The notes: a model not told the origin generated them from the sequence alone. A DNA stretch of 51,961 nucleotides from Desulfurococcales archaeon ex4484_217_1 (GCA_002254745.1 NJED01000013.1:1-51961), one strand, 5' to 3'; positions 1 to 9,404 are shown, counted from the first letter of the stretch. Numbers and translations: made by a program.

Positions 1-528
1 AAAGCAGTTACTATACTACTACGTGGAGCAAACGACATGGAGCTTGATGAAGCAGAAAGAAGCATTCATGACGCACTAAGCGTATTAAGAAACGTACTTA
101 AAGAACCTAAGATTGTTGGTGGTGGAGGAGCACCAGAAGTAGAGTTAGCTATGAGACTTAGAGAGCATGCAAGAGCCAGAGGAGGTAAGGAAGCATTAGC
201 TATAGAAGCATATGCTGACGCGCTAGAGGAAATAGCTTTAATTCTTGTAGAATCAGCAGGGTTAGATCCATTAGATGCTAGAGCACAGTTAAGAGCATAT
301 CACGAGAAAGGATTTATAAATGCTGGAGTAGATGTAGTCCAAGGCAAGGTCTTAGAAGATATGGTTAAGGTAAACATAATAGATCCTACCTTGGTAAAGA
401 AGCAAGTACTTAAGAGTGCAACTGAAGCAGCAACAGCAATATTGAAAATAGATGATATTATAGCAGCTGCTCCACCGAAGAAGAAGGAGAAAGAGAGGGA
501 GAGAGAAGGGGAGAAATTTAAGTTCTAA
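1..528 (+). CDS. ths: Thermosome (group II chaperonin) subunit, C-terminal part; 5' end lies outside the window
   Basis: Frame 1 is open from base 1 ([26 protein letters not shown]...). [12 protein letters not shown] motif, equatorial-domain C-terminus and Lys/Glu-rich tail typical of thermosomes. Confidence 0.95.
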   Translation, partial: KAVTILLRGANDMELDEAERSIHDALSVLRNVLKEPKIVGGGGAPEVELAMRLREHARARGGKEALAIEAYADALEEIALILVESAGLDPLDARAQLRAYHEKGFINAGVDVVQGKVLEDMVKVNIIDPTLVKKQVLKSATEAATAILKIDDIIAAAPPKKKEKEREREGEKFKF

Positions 529-635
529 AGTTTGAAATAATTTTTTCGGCTAAGGAACAGTACGTTAATAAGATAAAAATTGGACCACCTAGGCTTACAA
601 AATATGAAAGAGCTAGAATTATTGGCGCTAGAGCA

Positions 636-833
636 TTGCAGTTAACTATGGGTGCTCCTCCGCTTATACCTCCTGAAATGATTGATTCATCGGATCCTCT
701 TGAAATAGCTGAAAAGGAATTGAAAATGAAAATACTTCCAATAACTATTAGGAGGAGGCTTCCAACAGGAGAGTACCAAGATATCCCTCTTAAATGGCTT
801 TTAGAAGCAGAAGAAAGTATGTTTGGCAGTTAA
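636..833 (+). CDS. rpoK: DNA-directed RNA polymerase subunit K (Rpo6/RpoK); true start probably upstream of 636
   Basis: GAPPLIP...LPITIRRRLPTGE matches the RpoK/Rpb6 core. The conserved IGPPRLTKYERARIIGARALQL segment is encoded in frame at about 579-647. The frame is open back to 522 with no ATG/GTG/TTG codon before 636. Confidence 0.85.
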   Translation: MQLTMGAPPLIPPEMIDSSDPLEIAEKELKMKILPITIRRRLPTGEYQDIPLKWLLEAEESMFGS

Positions 834-889
834 TTTAAAATCCTATGTCTCGATTATAAGGTTAAAGCGTATACTTCAAGTAAAGCACG

Positions 890-2944
890 TTGTTACGGTA
901 CATGTTCATGCTACCCAGGAAATATGTGCTTGTAATAGCGGAAAAACCTAAGGCAGCATTAAAAATAGCTCAAGCTCTATCTAAAGTAAAACCTGTGAAA
1001 CATAGAATGTACGGTGTACCATACTGGGTAGTTTATCATAGCGAAATACCCTACGTTATTGCTTCAGCCGCGGGGCATCTTTTCGCATTAACAACAAGCG
1101 AACATGGTTTTCCCGTTTTTAAGTACTATTGGGTACCGGTATGGGCTGTTGATAAAGAAGCAAAATATACTAGACCATACTATTTAGTACTTAAGAACTT
1201 ATGTAAGTACGCTATAGCCTTTGTAAACGCATGCGATTACGATATTGAGGGCTCAGTTATAGGTTATCTCATAATAAAGGAATTCGGCGACCTGGGCAGA
1301 GCTTATAGGGCAAAATTCTCAGCACTAACTTCTCAGGACCTACGTCAAGCCTTTAGACGTCTAAGCAAAGGCCTCGATATGTCCATGGTAGAAGCAGGGC
1401 TATGTAGGCACGAGCTTGATTGGATATGGGGTATAAACGTTAGCAGAGCATTAATGTTTGCTGTAAAAATCGCTACAGGTAAAAGAATAATTCTAAGTGC
1501 TGGCCGTGTCCAATCACCAACATTAGTAGAAGTTGTTAGCACTGAAAAGCAAAGAAACCTCTTCATACCAACACCTATCTTCAACATTAACGTTAACGTA
1601 GCCATAGGCGGGAGAACGTACACTCTTGAGTACTTAGGCAAACCATTTACAAGAAAAAAAGAAGCAGAAGAGGTATTAAAAGAAATTAAAAAGGAGAAAT
1701 GGGCAATCGTAGAGAATGTAAGATATGAAGTAGAGAAAATAAAGCCCCCACCACCCTTCAACTTAGGTGATTTACAAGCTGAAGCATCTAAAATATACGG
1801 CTTTTCTCCTTTAAAAACCCAAGAGCTGGCTGAACAACTGTACTTAGATGCGTTAATAAGCTATCCTAGGACAAATAGTCAAAAACTACCGTTAACAATA
1901 GGTTACGAGACAATAATGTTAAAGCTTAAGGAGAACCCAGAATACAGAAACTATGTTGAAAACTTATTGAAAGAGTCAAGAGGCGTACTGAAGCCTCATG
2001 AAGGGGTAAAGACGGATCCAGCACATCCAGCAATATATCCTACGGGGCTAAGGCCAAGAAAACTAAGTGTAGATCAGCAAAAAATCTATGATTTAATTGT
2101 TAAAAGGTTTTTAGCTACGTTCTCCGCTGATGTGATATTACACTCCATAACGGTGCATCTTAGAATTACAAGGTTTAAATTCAAATTAAAGCTTAGAAGA
2201 CTATATTTAAAGGGCTGGCTAAAATACTACCCCTTCCTAAACATAAACTATGTTGAAAACCTACCTTTTATAGGTAAAGGTCAAAAATTACCCATAGTTA
2301 GAGCTAGAGTATTAACAACATATTCTAGATACGGTAAGTCTTATGATAAAACATCGCTGCTTAAATGGATGGAAAGTGTTAACATAGGAACAGAGAGTAC
2401 TAGGGCTAGAATAATTGAAAACCTGTTTTCCAGAGGATATTTGAAAATTGTAGGAGGGAAAATAGAAGTTACACCGCTAGGCTACGCGGTCTCTGAAATT
2501 CTGGAAAAATATTTCAAGGACTTAACTAGCGTCGAGCTTACACGAAAATTTGAAAAAATGCTTAACGATATTAGAGAAGGCCGCATGAAGAGAGAGAATG
2601 TAGTTCTTGAATCTAAAAACATTCTCTCAAAAATTCTTTTAGAGTTTAAAGCTAAAGCTGCTGAAAAAGCAGGCATAGAATTAGGTAAAAGTCTAAAATA
2701 CATCCCCGTAGAAAACAAGTGTATTATATGCGAAGGCGAAGTTGTAAACATGAAGCTATGTAAAAATCATTTAGAGGCTTTGGAAAATCTTTTTAAACAA
2801 TACAAAGTATGGGTTTATGCTTACGGCTCTATTCCATGGAGAGAATACTTGAAAAAAGTGTTCTCGCTAAATGTCTCTGGAAAATGGGTTAGAGAAGTAG
2901 CCAAGGGAATCCTAGATAAAGTAATAGAAGCTAACCCCCAATAA
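890..2944 (+). CDS. topA: DNA topoisomerase IA (archaeal Topo III/TopA type)
   Basis: Toprim start VLVIAEKPKAALKIA, acidic DYDIEGSVIG motif, GRVQSPTL, active-site SYPRTNS, C-terminal Cys-rich motif. ATG at 902 or 908 is a likelier start than the TTG at 890. Confidence 0.9.
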   Translation: MLRYMFMLPRKYVLVIAEKPKAALKIAQALSKVKPVKHRMYGVPYWVVYHSEIPYVIASAAGHLFALTTSEHGFPVFKYYWVPVWAVDKEAKYTRPYYLVLKNLCKYAIAFVNACDYDIEGSVIGYLIIKEFGDLGRAYRAKFSALTSQDLRQAFRRLSKGLDMSMVEAGLCRHELDWIWGINVSRALMFAVKIATGKRIILSAGRVQSPTLVEVVSTEKQRNLFIPTPIFNINVNVAIGGRTYTLEYLGKPFTRKKEAEEVLKEIKKEKWAIVENVRYEVEKIKPPPPFNLGDLQAEASKIYGFSPLKTQELAEQLYLDALISYPRTNSQKLPLTIGYETIMLKLKENPEYRNYVENLLKESRGVLKPHEGVKTDPAHPAIYPTGLRPRKLSVDQQKIYDLIVKRFLATFSADVILHSITVHLRITRFKFKLKLRRLYLKGWLKYYPFLNINYVENLPFIGKGQKLPIVRARVLTTYSRYGKSYDKTSLLKWMESVNIGTESTRARIIENLFSRGYLKIVGGKIEVTPLGYAVSEILEKYFKDLTSVELTRKFEKMLNDIREGRMKRENVVLESKNILSKILLEFKAKAAEKAGIELGKSLKYIPVENKCIICEGEVVNMKLCKNHLEALENLFKQYKVWVYAYGSIPWREYLKKVFSLNVSGKWVREVAKGILDKVIEANPQ

Positions 2945-3422
2945 TATTGTGGAAGAGTATTGAGAAGTACCCTACGTAGGGTATTCTGAAAGGCTCACCA
3001 TTTATGCATAGTACTTTTCCTAGAATAGCATCTTCAGGAACATACCATTGATCAGGTAGGGGATTTGCGTCACCTTTGGTCCTAAAATATTTCACACCAT
3101 TTTTTATGATAACATTTACTACTCTATGAACTATAGGAGTCCTTAATTTTCTAACATACCCTTTTTTAAGCGAGTAAACTACTTTATCGAAAACTATGAT
3201 ATCTCCGGGTTTAATATCTTCAGGTTTAACTCCCACAATTACTACAACATCACCTATGTTTAACGTAGGTACCATACTTGAGCTTTCTACAGCAGCCAAA
3301 GGTATTGATGTGTTTAATAACATACGTAGAATAATAGGGGATAATAGCATTAATGCTAAGACCAGGATGAATATAGCATTTTCCCTTACGTACCTGAACT
3401 TGCTCATAGTTAATCTCAGCAT
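2931..3422 (-). CDS. Signal peptidase I, archaeal/Sec11 type (S26B)
   Basis: N-terminal TM helix, catalytic SSSMVPTL box, IVHRVV box and TKGDAN box. Confidence 0.85.
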   Translation of the reverse strand: MLRLTMSKFRYVRENAIFILVLALMLLSPIILRMLLNTSIPLAAVESSSMVPTLNIGDVVVIVGVKPEDIKPGDIIVFDKVVYSLKKGYVRKLRTPIVHRVVNVIIKNGVKYFRTKGDANPLPDQWYVPEDAILGKVLCINGEPFRIPYVGYFSILFHNIIGG

Positions 3423-3522
3423 CTATAGTATAGAGGCATACTTTAATATTTTTGGCATATATACTCTAGTTAGATCCTAATAACCAATATATAGCAGCTA
3501 CATTTAGCTGTCATACCGTAGT

Positions 3523-4191
3523 GTGCTAAAGATGAATGAAAAATATAGAATCTCTCTAATATCAGTAATTAGCGCAACCTTAGCTTCCTCTTTAACTGCT
3601 ATAGGTAGTGAAGGCGTGGTATACTTAGGTTTAATATATGTTCCATTAAGGGAGCACTATGTAGCCGCTATACCCTACTTCTTCATACTTTTAAGCCTAT
3701 GGATAGTGTACGTTAACGCTTTAAAGGGGAAATTGAAGCCTATAATTTTAGCTACTATTACATGTTTAATTGGTTTTTACTTCTGCTTAATTACCACCAT
3801 AAGTACTATGAGCCAGAAAGTCTTTGAAAATTATGTGAGTTTCGGTATTAACTCCCTACTCGTTATTACGGGTAGTAGCTATTTAATGTATAAGTATAAT
3901 GTTTCTAAGAAAATGTTTTCCTATTTTTCCAGCAGAGATACTATAGATAAAATTAGTGTTTCTGCAGCTTTTCTTGTTCTTGGAGTATCTAGAATCCTTG
4001 TAAGAAGCGTTTATTTGCCCGTATCTTTATCTTTTCTCTTTCTTTCATGGATAGTAACTTTCATTATTTTAAGAAGCTCCCCCCTCATGGAAACTAACAT
4101 GATGTTAAATTTTGAGTTATTTATGTGCAGTACTGCAGTGTTTGCATGGATCAACATGGTTTATTTAATTTTGCTTAGAGCAATACTATAA
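3523..4191 (+). CDS. Hypothetical polytopic membrane protein
   Basis: Long ORF with about 6 hydrophobic segments; no recognised family motif. Confidence 0.5.
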   Translation: MLKMNEKYRISLISVISATLASSLTAIGSEGVVYLGLIYVPLREHYVAAIPYFFILLSLWIVYVNALKGKLKPIILATITCLIGFYFCLITTISTMSQKVFENYVSFGINSLLVITGSSYLMYKYNVSKKMFSYFSSRDTIDKISVSAAFLVLGVSRILVRSVYLPVSLSFLFLSWIVTFIILRSSPLMETNMMLNFELFMCSTAVFAWINMVYLILLRAIL

Positions 4192-4500
4192 TTCTTCCTC
4201 AATATCTATCTCAAAAACTTCTCCCTCAACCTCTGCCTTACTCTCTTCTTCAGCTTTCAGTACACTCTTACCTTTTGCACCTTCTACTTCTACTTCACCA
4301 CTTCCTCCGACTTTGATTTTACTTACAACAGCTCTCCACTTATGTCCGTTAGGACATTCATACATGCCCATAATAGTTATTGTTATCCTGCCTCGCGCAT
4401 CAGGTATGGGCGCTACTAACTGCCATGTTTTATATGGTTTTTCTACTTCAACACCACAGTAGGGACATATGTTGGGTTTTCTCCTAGACCTTCTAGGCAT
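4186..4500 (-). CDS. Zinc-ribbon, Cren7-related small protein with acidic C-terminal tail
   Basis: CPYCGVEVEKPYKTWQLVAP...ECPNGHKWRAVV aligns with the 50-aa Cren7-like ORF at 11593-11745 ([19 protein letters not shown]...[11 protein letters not shown]). Followed by a Gly/Glu/Lys-rich acidic tail. Confidence 0.6.
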   Translation of the reverse strand: MPRRSRRKPNICPYCGVEVEKPYKTWQLVAPIPDARGRITITIMGMYECPNGHKWRAVVSKIKVGGSGEVEVEGAKGKSVLKAEEESKAEVEGEVFEIDIEEEL

Positions 4501-4549
4501 GTATTAATCCCCTATTGACCTAGTATTAGCATGGGTTAATAATTTTGAC

Positions 4550-5359
4550 CTATGGACTTAGCCTTACAATCTCTACTTTAAAGTCTTTAAGTTCTTTTAA
4601 TATTTCCTGGGCTACATCTGAGAATACGTGTTCTACTTTTTCAGGACTAGTTGTATAGACTGTTACTTCGAGCTCAACATATCCTGGAGCTAGTTTTCTT
4701 ACGCGAATATCTGGAGCTACTTTAACAACGCCCTTATATGATGTTATTGCTCTACGTATCTTATCTCCAACATCATCTAGGTCGTATGGTGCTTCAATTC
4801 TGACCTTTATTTTAACAGTATATAGTTCCGAATATATTTTAAGAGCCCTTCTTAAAACAAGGTAATTAGGTATTTTAACTATGCTCCCATCCTTAGTTTT
4901 TATTTCAGTGTAAAGAGCTCCTATGTTTTTAACCTTGCCCGTAACATTGCCTATGGAGACCATATCACCGATAACAAGAATTTTACCTAACAATATAGCA
5001 TAATATGATATTACGTTCGTAAAAATGTTTCTAGCAGAAAGAGCAATTATTAGGACAATCCCTATTGTTCCAAGGAGTAGGAATATGTTTGCAGTAAATA
5101 ATGATATTATTATCAGCAATATTAGGGTATAAACGATTACAGTTAGCACGTTATGTATTTTAACATAGGCTGATTGTGAAATCATGTTCCGCTGAACCAT
5201 ACGTCTAAGCATATTATTGACTGTTTTAAGTATAGCAACGCCAACAACAAACGCTAACGCAGCATATATTATTTGGACCATTAAAGGGTGAGATAGAATT
5301 TGCTGAAGCTGGCTAATGTAGTAGTCTATTATTGAGGTAAGTGTTTCGGCTTCTTGCAA
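4550..5359 (-). CDS. Small-conductance mechanosensitive channel (MscS family)
   Basis: Three TM helices followed by the MscS beta-domain signature (IGDMVSIGNVTGKVKNIGALYTEIKTKDGSIVKIPN). Confidence 0.85.
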   Translation of the reverse strand: MQEAETLTSIIDYYISQLQQILSHPLMVQIIYAALAFVVGVAILKTVNNMLRRMVQRNMISQSAYVKIHNVLTVIVYTLILLIIISLFTANIFLLLGTIGIVLIIALSARNIFTNVISYYAILLGKILVIGDMVSIGNVTGKVKNIGALYTEIKTKDGSIVKIPNYLVLRRALKIYSELYTVKIKVRIEAPYDLDDVGDKIRRAITSYKGVVKVAPDIRVRKLAPGYVELEVTVYTTSPEKVEHVFSDVAQEILKELKDFKVEIVRLSP

Positions 5360-5364
5360 CTACT

Positions 5365-6027
5365 TCACCTAAACGCTCTTATGAATTCTTCAACTATGTC
5401 GTTTCTAACTAACGCTATCACTTCGTATCCTGGTCTTAATTCTCTAACTTCCTCAGGGTCTAAGAACCTTTCTCCGTCAAATACTGCTATAACCTTTGAT
5501 GCTAAAGGTAGCCTAAGATCATCAAGAGTTTTACCTATGCTAGTATCGTTCTCAGCAAGAGTTATTGAAACTAAACCGTAAGTTCCTGAAAATATGGGTG
5601 AAATGTTTATTAGCGAATACTTTCCCTCAATAAAGCTCTGTATTAAACCGGCTATAACGTAGGGTACACATATAGCTCTCTCAATGCCCACTCTTTCAAG
5701 CAGTCTTGCAACTTTCTCATCTTTAACCCTGACAATTATTCTTGGAACACCATGTTCTCTAGCTATTAGTGCTACAAACAAGTTAACTTCATCCTTATCT
5801 GTTGTTGCAACCATGACATCGAGTTTTCTTAAATCAACTTCCTCATATAGGGAAAGATCTGTAGCATCCTTATTTATTGCATAAACGTCAGCTTCCTCAG
5901 CAACTAGCTTACACTTCTCTTTATCCTTATCTACAACTATTACCTCATTGCCTTTACCTGAAAGCATTCTGGCTAAATGTCTACCAGTATCCCCTGCACC
6001 TATTATTAATATTCTCATTATCCCCAC
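5365..6027 (-). CDS. trkA: TrkA-type K+ transport NAD-binding regulatory subunit (RCK N + C domains)
   Basis: Rossmann start MRILIIGAGDTGRHLARML and a C-terminal TrkA-C domain; length about 220 aa. Confidence 0.9.
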   Translation of the reverse strand: MGIMRILIIGAGDTGRHLARMLSGKGNEVIVVDKDKEKCKLVAEEADVYAINKDATDLSLYEEVDLRKLDVMVATTDKDEVNLFVALIAREHGVPRIIVRVKDEKVARLLERVGIERAICVPYVIAGLIQSFIEGKYSLINISPIFSGTYGLVSITLAENDTSIGKTLDDLRLPLASKVIAVFDGERFLDPEEVRELRPGYEVIALVRNDIVEEFIRAFR

Positions 6028-6123
6028 ATCGCCTTTTGCTATACAACTTAAACTCCTAACCTAATTTAAAATAAAACGTTACCACTTTAACTTTTTCTAA
6101 CAACGCAGTGTTTTATAGTTTTA

Positions 6124-6423
6124 TTAAACCATGATGTAATATAGGAGAGCTAAAAAGTAGGCTATGGATGAGAAAATACCTACTTTAACTAGGTCTAATC
6201 GAGTAACGTATGTGGAAAATATTTGAAAGACCATAATAGAGAAGATAATTACGAGAAGATACGGTTTTATTTTGAGCAGAGATAGAAATAACGGAATATT
6301 ATAAGTTATTATGAGAAGTAGAGATGTAAGTCTCGGCTCTTTTGTCTCTTTACATAGCAGGAACATGAAGTATGATGTTAGTGAATTTAGTATTAGAATT
6401 AAGGCTGCTATGCTTCTATACAT
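6124..6423 (-). CDS. Hypothetical small membrane protein
   Basis: 99-aa ORF made of 3 hydrophobic helices; coding status is not certain. Confidence 0.4.
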   Translation of the reverse strand: MYRSIAALILILNSLTSYFMFLLCKETKEPRLTSLLLIITYNIPLFLSLLKIKPYLLVIIFSIMVFQIFSTYVTRLDLVKVGIFSSIAYFLALLYYIMV

Positions 6424-6488
6424 TTGCTTTAACCCTTACTACTTTCTTCGTATAGTAACGTATTTTAGAGTAATTCCCTAAAGTTACT

Positions 6489-7736
6489 TTGGCTGAAAAC
6501 ATGCGTGATTTAGTTGACTTCGTACTTGAAGAATCTTATAAAATATGCCACGTTAAGGGCAGGCAGATTATAGATTCTAGAGGAAGGCCTACGGTAGAAG
6601 CTGAAGTAGCTACTGTAGGTGGTGGCGTAGGTATATCCCAAGTTCCAGCTGGTGCTTCTAAGGGAGCTTATGAAGCATGGGAGCTAAGAGATAATGATCC
6701 ACGTAAGTTTAAGGGTTATAGTGTTCTTAAAGCCGTTGAAAACATTAACAATGTTATTGCTAAGGAAATTGTAGACCTTGACTCTAGGAGGCAAAGATTC
6801 ATAGATAGAAAAATGATAGAGCTTGATGGAACACCAAATAAGTCTAAGCTCGGAGCCAATGCCATACTTGCCGTGTCGATGTCCGTACTCAAAGCGGCAG
6901 CTGACACCTACGGTATCCCTCTTTTCAGATATATCGGCGGCTATAATGCTAGAGTCTTACCGGTAGATAGTTTTAGAGAAGCTATTAGAGTAGCTTGCGA
7001 AGTCTACTATGAGCTCGAAAATATACTCAAGGAAAAATACGGCTTAATAGCGGTAAACGTTGGTGATGAAGGAGGGTTCGCCCCCCCAATGAAGACTAGT
7101 AGAGAAGCCCTAGACGCTCTAGTTAAAGCTATTAGAAAGGCAGGGTATGTTGAAGGCAGCGATGTTGCTTTAGCCTTAGATGCTGCAGCTACAAGCTTCT
7201 ACAGTAAAGGCAAATACTTTGTCGATGGGAAACATTTAGACCCTTCACAGCTTTTAGAGTACTACATTGACCTCGTAAACGAATACCCTATTGTTAGTAT
7301 TGAAGACCCGTTTTACGAAGAAGATTTTGAAACGTTTTCCCAATTAACGTCCGAAATAGGGAATAAAGTTTTGGTGGTAGGTGATGACTTGTTTGTAACG
7401 AACATTAGCAGACTTAAGAAAGGCATAGAAGCAAGAGCAGCTAATGCCATTCTAATTAAGATGAACCAGATAGGTACAGTAAGTGAGACATTAGATGTAG
7501 TAAACTACGCTACTAAGCATGGCTATAGGCCAATAATTAGCCATAGAAGCGGCGAGACAGAAGACTATATGATAGCTGATTTAGCTGTAGGGTTAAATGT
7601 TGGCGCTATAAAAACAGGGGCACCAGCGAGAGGGGAAAGAACTGTAAAGTATAATAGACTATTAAGGATAAGTGAAATCCTAGCTGAAGAAGCAGAATAT
7701 GCTGGGTTTGAAGTGTTTCCTGTAAAACCCAAATAA
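6489..7736 (+). CDS. eno: Enolase (phosphopyruvate hydratase) lacking the conserved NGGxHA...QEFMI catalytic-loop segment
   Basis: IDSRGRPTVEAEV, LDGTPNKSKLGANAILAVS, VNVGDEGGFAPP, SIEDP, VGDDL, SHRSGETED and KTGAPARGERTAKYN-type motifs are all present. LPV at about 6957-6965 runs straight into DSFREAIR. The PxxNxxNGGxHAxNxxxxQEFMIxPxGA block is absent. Confidence 0.9.
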   Translation: MAENMRDLVDFVLEESYKICHVKGRQIIDSRGRPTVEAEVATVGGGVGISQVPAGASKGAYEAWELRDNDPRKFKGYSVLKAVENINNVIAKEIVDLDSRRQRFIDRKMIELDGTPNKSKLGANAILAVSMSVLKAAADTYGIPLFRYIGGYNARVLPVDSFREAIRVACEVYYELENILKEKYGLIAVNVGDEGGFAPPMKTSREALDALVKAIRKAGYVEGSDVALALDAAATSFYSKGKYFVDGKHLDPSQLLEYYIDLVNEYPIVSIEDPFYEEDFETFSQLTSEIGNKVLVVGDDLFVTNISRLKKGIEARAANAILIKMNQIGTVSETLDVVNYATKHGYRPIISHRSGETEDYMIADLAVGLNVGAIKTGAPARGERTVKYNRLLRISEILAEEAEYAGFEVFPVKPK

Positions 7737-7767
7737 GCTTTTAAATTTTAAACATAAAAATACGTTT

Positions 7768-7827
7768 GAGGCTATGATGAAGGTTAAAAGCGAGGAATAA
7801 ATGACTGAAACCAGGCTTCTGAGCTTA
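7768..7827 (+). ncRNA. Candidate C/D box sRNA (weaker internal boxes)
   Basis: C box AUGAUGA (7774-7780), 12-nt spacer, degenerate D' (AGGA), degenerate C' (AUGACUG), 11-nt spacer, D box CUGA (7819-7822). A short terminal stem AGGC/GCUU is possible. TTTAAA element about 25 nt upstream. Confidence 0.45.
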
Positions 7828-7890
7828 AGAAAGTATAATAGACTATTGAAATTTTTGTTGTTAATAAAAAAACAAAATCCTAGTTTCTCT

Positions 7891-8595
7891 TTACTTTGGC
7901 GGTGCTGGTAAACTTGTACCTTCGGCTTTTGCAGCTTCTGCTACAGGTAATTCGGGGAATCTTTCTTTCATTCTTTGCTCTGCAATTATGGAAGCTTCTT
8001 CAAGTATCTTCTTTGCTTCACCACTTACAATTGTAGTGTCAATGGATGTACCTGTGAATTCGCCTGCCTCTAATACTATTGAGTGTAGCATGCTATCTAC
8101 TTCATCTAGCTCAAAAGCTATTTCTGGGACTATTCCCTTTAAGTGATGCTTAATGTCTCTAATAACTTCAACTATGGGTGCCATTGTTACTAATACGTCA
8201 CCTAACTCCCTTACGGTTTCCAGCCTTAAAGATACTTGTTCAAGAGCTAACTGCGCTCTTAGAACAGTCCTGGCTATTTTCCTTACTTCAGCTACTTCAT
8301 TAGCGTATATTGCTGCTCTAGCAGAGTCCTTCATTATATGTGCTGAAACCACTTTCTCAAATAACATTTTATCTCTTTCTTGAAGCTTATTAAGCAAATG
8401 CTCCAGTCTTGTAACCTGTGTTTTAACCTTGTATAATGCCATAGCTAACTTATACCTCATCGGTGGTGGCGGATGTATCATCTTAGCTATCTTCTCCTTA
8501 ACCGATGTTCTTGGCTTATCTTCCCACTCCTTTACAAACCTTTCAAGCCTAGATGGCATTCCCTTAATCACCATAATTTCATGTTGGATAATCAA
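7891..8595 (-). CDS. ESCRT-III (Snf7/CdvB-family) paralog
   Basis: Clear paralogy to CdvB at 9452-10333 (ARAAIYANEVAEVRKIARTVL / ARATIYANEVAELRKMAKIVL; RLETVRELGDV / RLETIRELGDV). It lacks the C-terminal winged helix. Start probably at ATG 8574 or 8559. Confidence 0.85.
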   Translation of the reverse strand: MIIQHEIMVIKGMPSRLERFVKEWEDKPRTSVKEKIAKMIHPPPPMRYKLAMALYKVKTQVTRLEHLLNKLQERDKMLFEKVVSAHIMKDSARAAIYANEVAEVRKIARTVLRAQLALEQVSLRLETVRELGDVLVTMAPIVEVIRDIKHHLKGIVPEIAFELDEVDSMLHSIVLEAGEFTGTSIDTTIVSGEAKKILEEASIIAEQRMKERFPELPVAEAAKAEGTSLPAPPK

Positions 8596-8711
8596 AAATA
8601 TTTAAAACTTAGGGGTTTACACATCCCCAAAACCATATCCCCTAACTCTTAAATACAATCTTAAGATAGGAATTGTATTTTCGAAGAAAAAGAAGTAGGT
8701 GAGGAAGGACG

Positions 8712-9404
8712 ATGTTAACAGTTGAAACATTCGAAAAATATGTAGGTCAATCAGTAAAAGACCCTTATGGAAGATATGTTGGCGTAATTGCAGGGTTTTA
8801 CAGTGAAATTGATAGTACAGTAAGCTATGTAAACATAGAGTTCGCTGACGGTACATTTGCGAAACTACCAGTAAACAGGTTCGAGTTTAAGCCTGAAGAA
8901 GTAGTGCTAGTACCTGAGTGGAAAGCTGAAGCACTCAGCGTTAAGAAGAAACTGGAAGTAGCTAGGAAGAGAATTAAGGCATTAGACGACCTATACGCTA
9001 AAGGAGAAATAGCTAAACATGCATACGATACGTTTAAGAAGAAGCTTGAAGCAGACCTAGGTAAGCTGAAAATAGAGTCTAGGGAAGTAAGAAAGATACT
9101 TCAAAACAGGTTAAGACAGTTAGAAAAACAAGTTGAAGAATTAGAAAAGGCTTACGCATCGCTGAAAATGGTGTTCTTTGCTGGGGAAATTAGTGAGCCT
9201 ACATTCAAGAGGGCAACAGACATCATTAAGAGGAGCATTGAGAAATGTGATTCAGAAAAGAAAGATATTAAATCATCAATAAGTGAACTTGAAAAAATAG
9301 AAACTACACCAATATCTCTTCCAACAATAGCTAAACCGGCTAAAGAGGAAATACCTAAAGCCGAAGAACCGCTCGTAGTCCATGTAGTTGAAGGAGAACA
9401 CTAA
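8712..9404 (+). CDS. cdvA: Cell division protein CdvA
   Basis: N-terminal PRC-barrel-like segment (VGQSVKDPYGRYVGVIAG...), coiled coil with LYAKGEIAKHAYDTFKKKLE, first gene of the cdvABC order. GGTGAGG Shine-Dalgarno-like element 8 nt upstream. Confidence 0.85.
   Translation: MLTVETFEKYVGQSVKDPYGRYVGVIAGFYSEIDSTVSYVNIEFADGTFAKLPVNRFEFKPEEVVLVPEWKAEALSVKKKLEVARKRIKALDDLYAKGEIAKHAYDTFKKKLEADLGKLKIESREVRKILQNRLRQLEKQVEELEKAYASLKMVFFAGEISEPTFKRATDIIKRSIEKCDSEKKDIKSSISELEKIETTPISLPTIAKPAKEEIPKAEEPLVVHVVEGEH

Noticed and set aside
1345-1761. Many antisense or alternative-frame ORFs in the track (e.g. 1345-1761, 2482-2751, 3196-3480, 5354-5581, 10753-11199, 14076-14372, 18083-18424, 33614-34105, 39007-39513, 39541-39969, 40806-41222, 41331-41669, 41805-42134, 49665-49994)
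   Set aside because: Each lies entirely inside a longer ORF on the opposite strand that has clear family motifs. Their products are low-complexity (Ser/Leu/Phe-rich) with no motifs, as expected of shadow ORFs in AT-rich DNA.
6940-6990. Inteins, BHB mRNA introns or mobile insertions as the cause of the gene disruptions
   Set aside because: The lesions are losses of conserved coding sequence or tiny duplications, not insertions. No intein blocks, homing-endonuclease motifs, bulge-helix-bulge motifs or IS termini were seen.
8617-8856. 79-aa ORF on the minus strand spanning the cdvB-paralog/cdvA intergenic region and the cdvA start
   Set aside because: It overlaps the cdvA promoter, Shine-Dalgarno-like element and N-terminus in antisense. 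Its composition is implausible and no motif is present.
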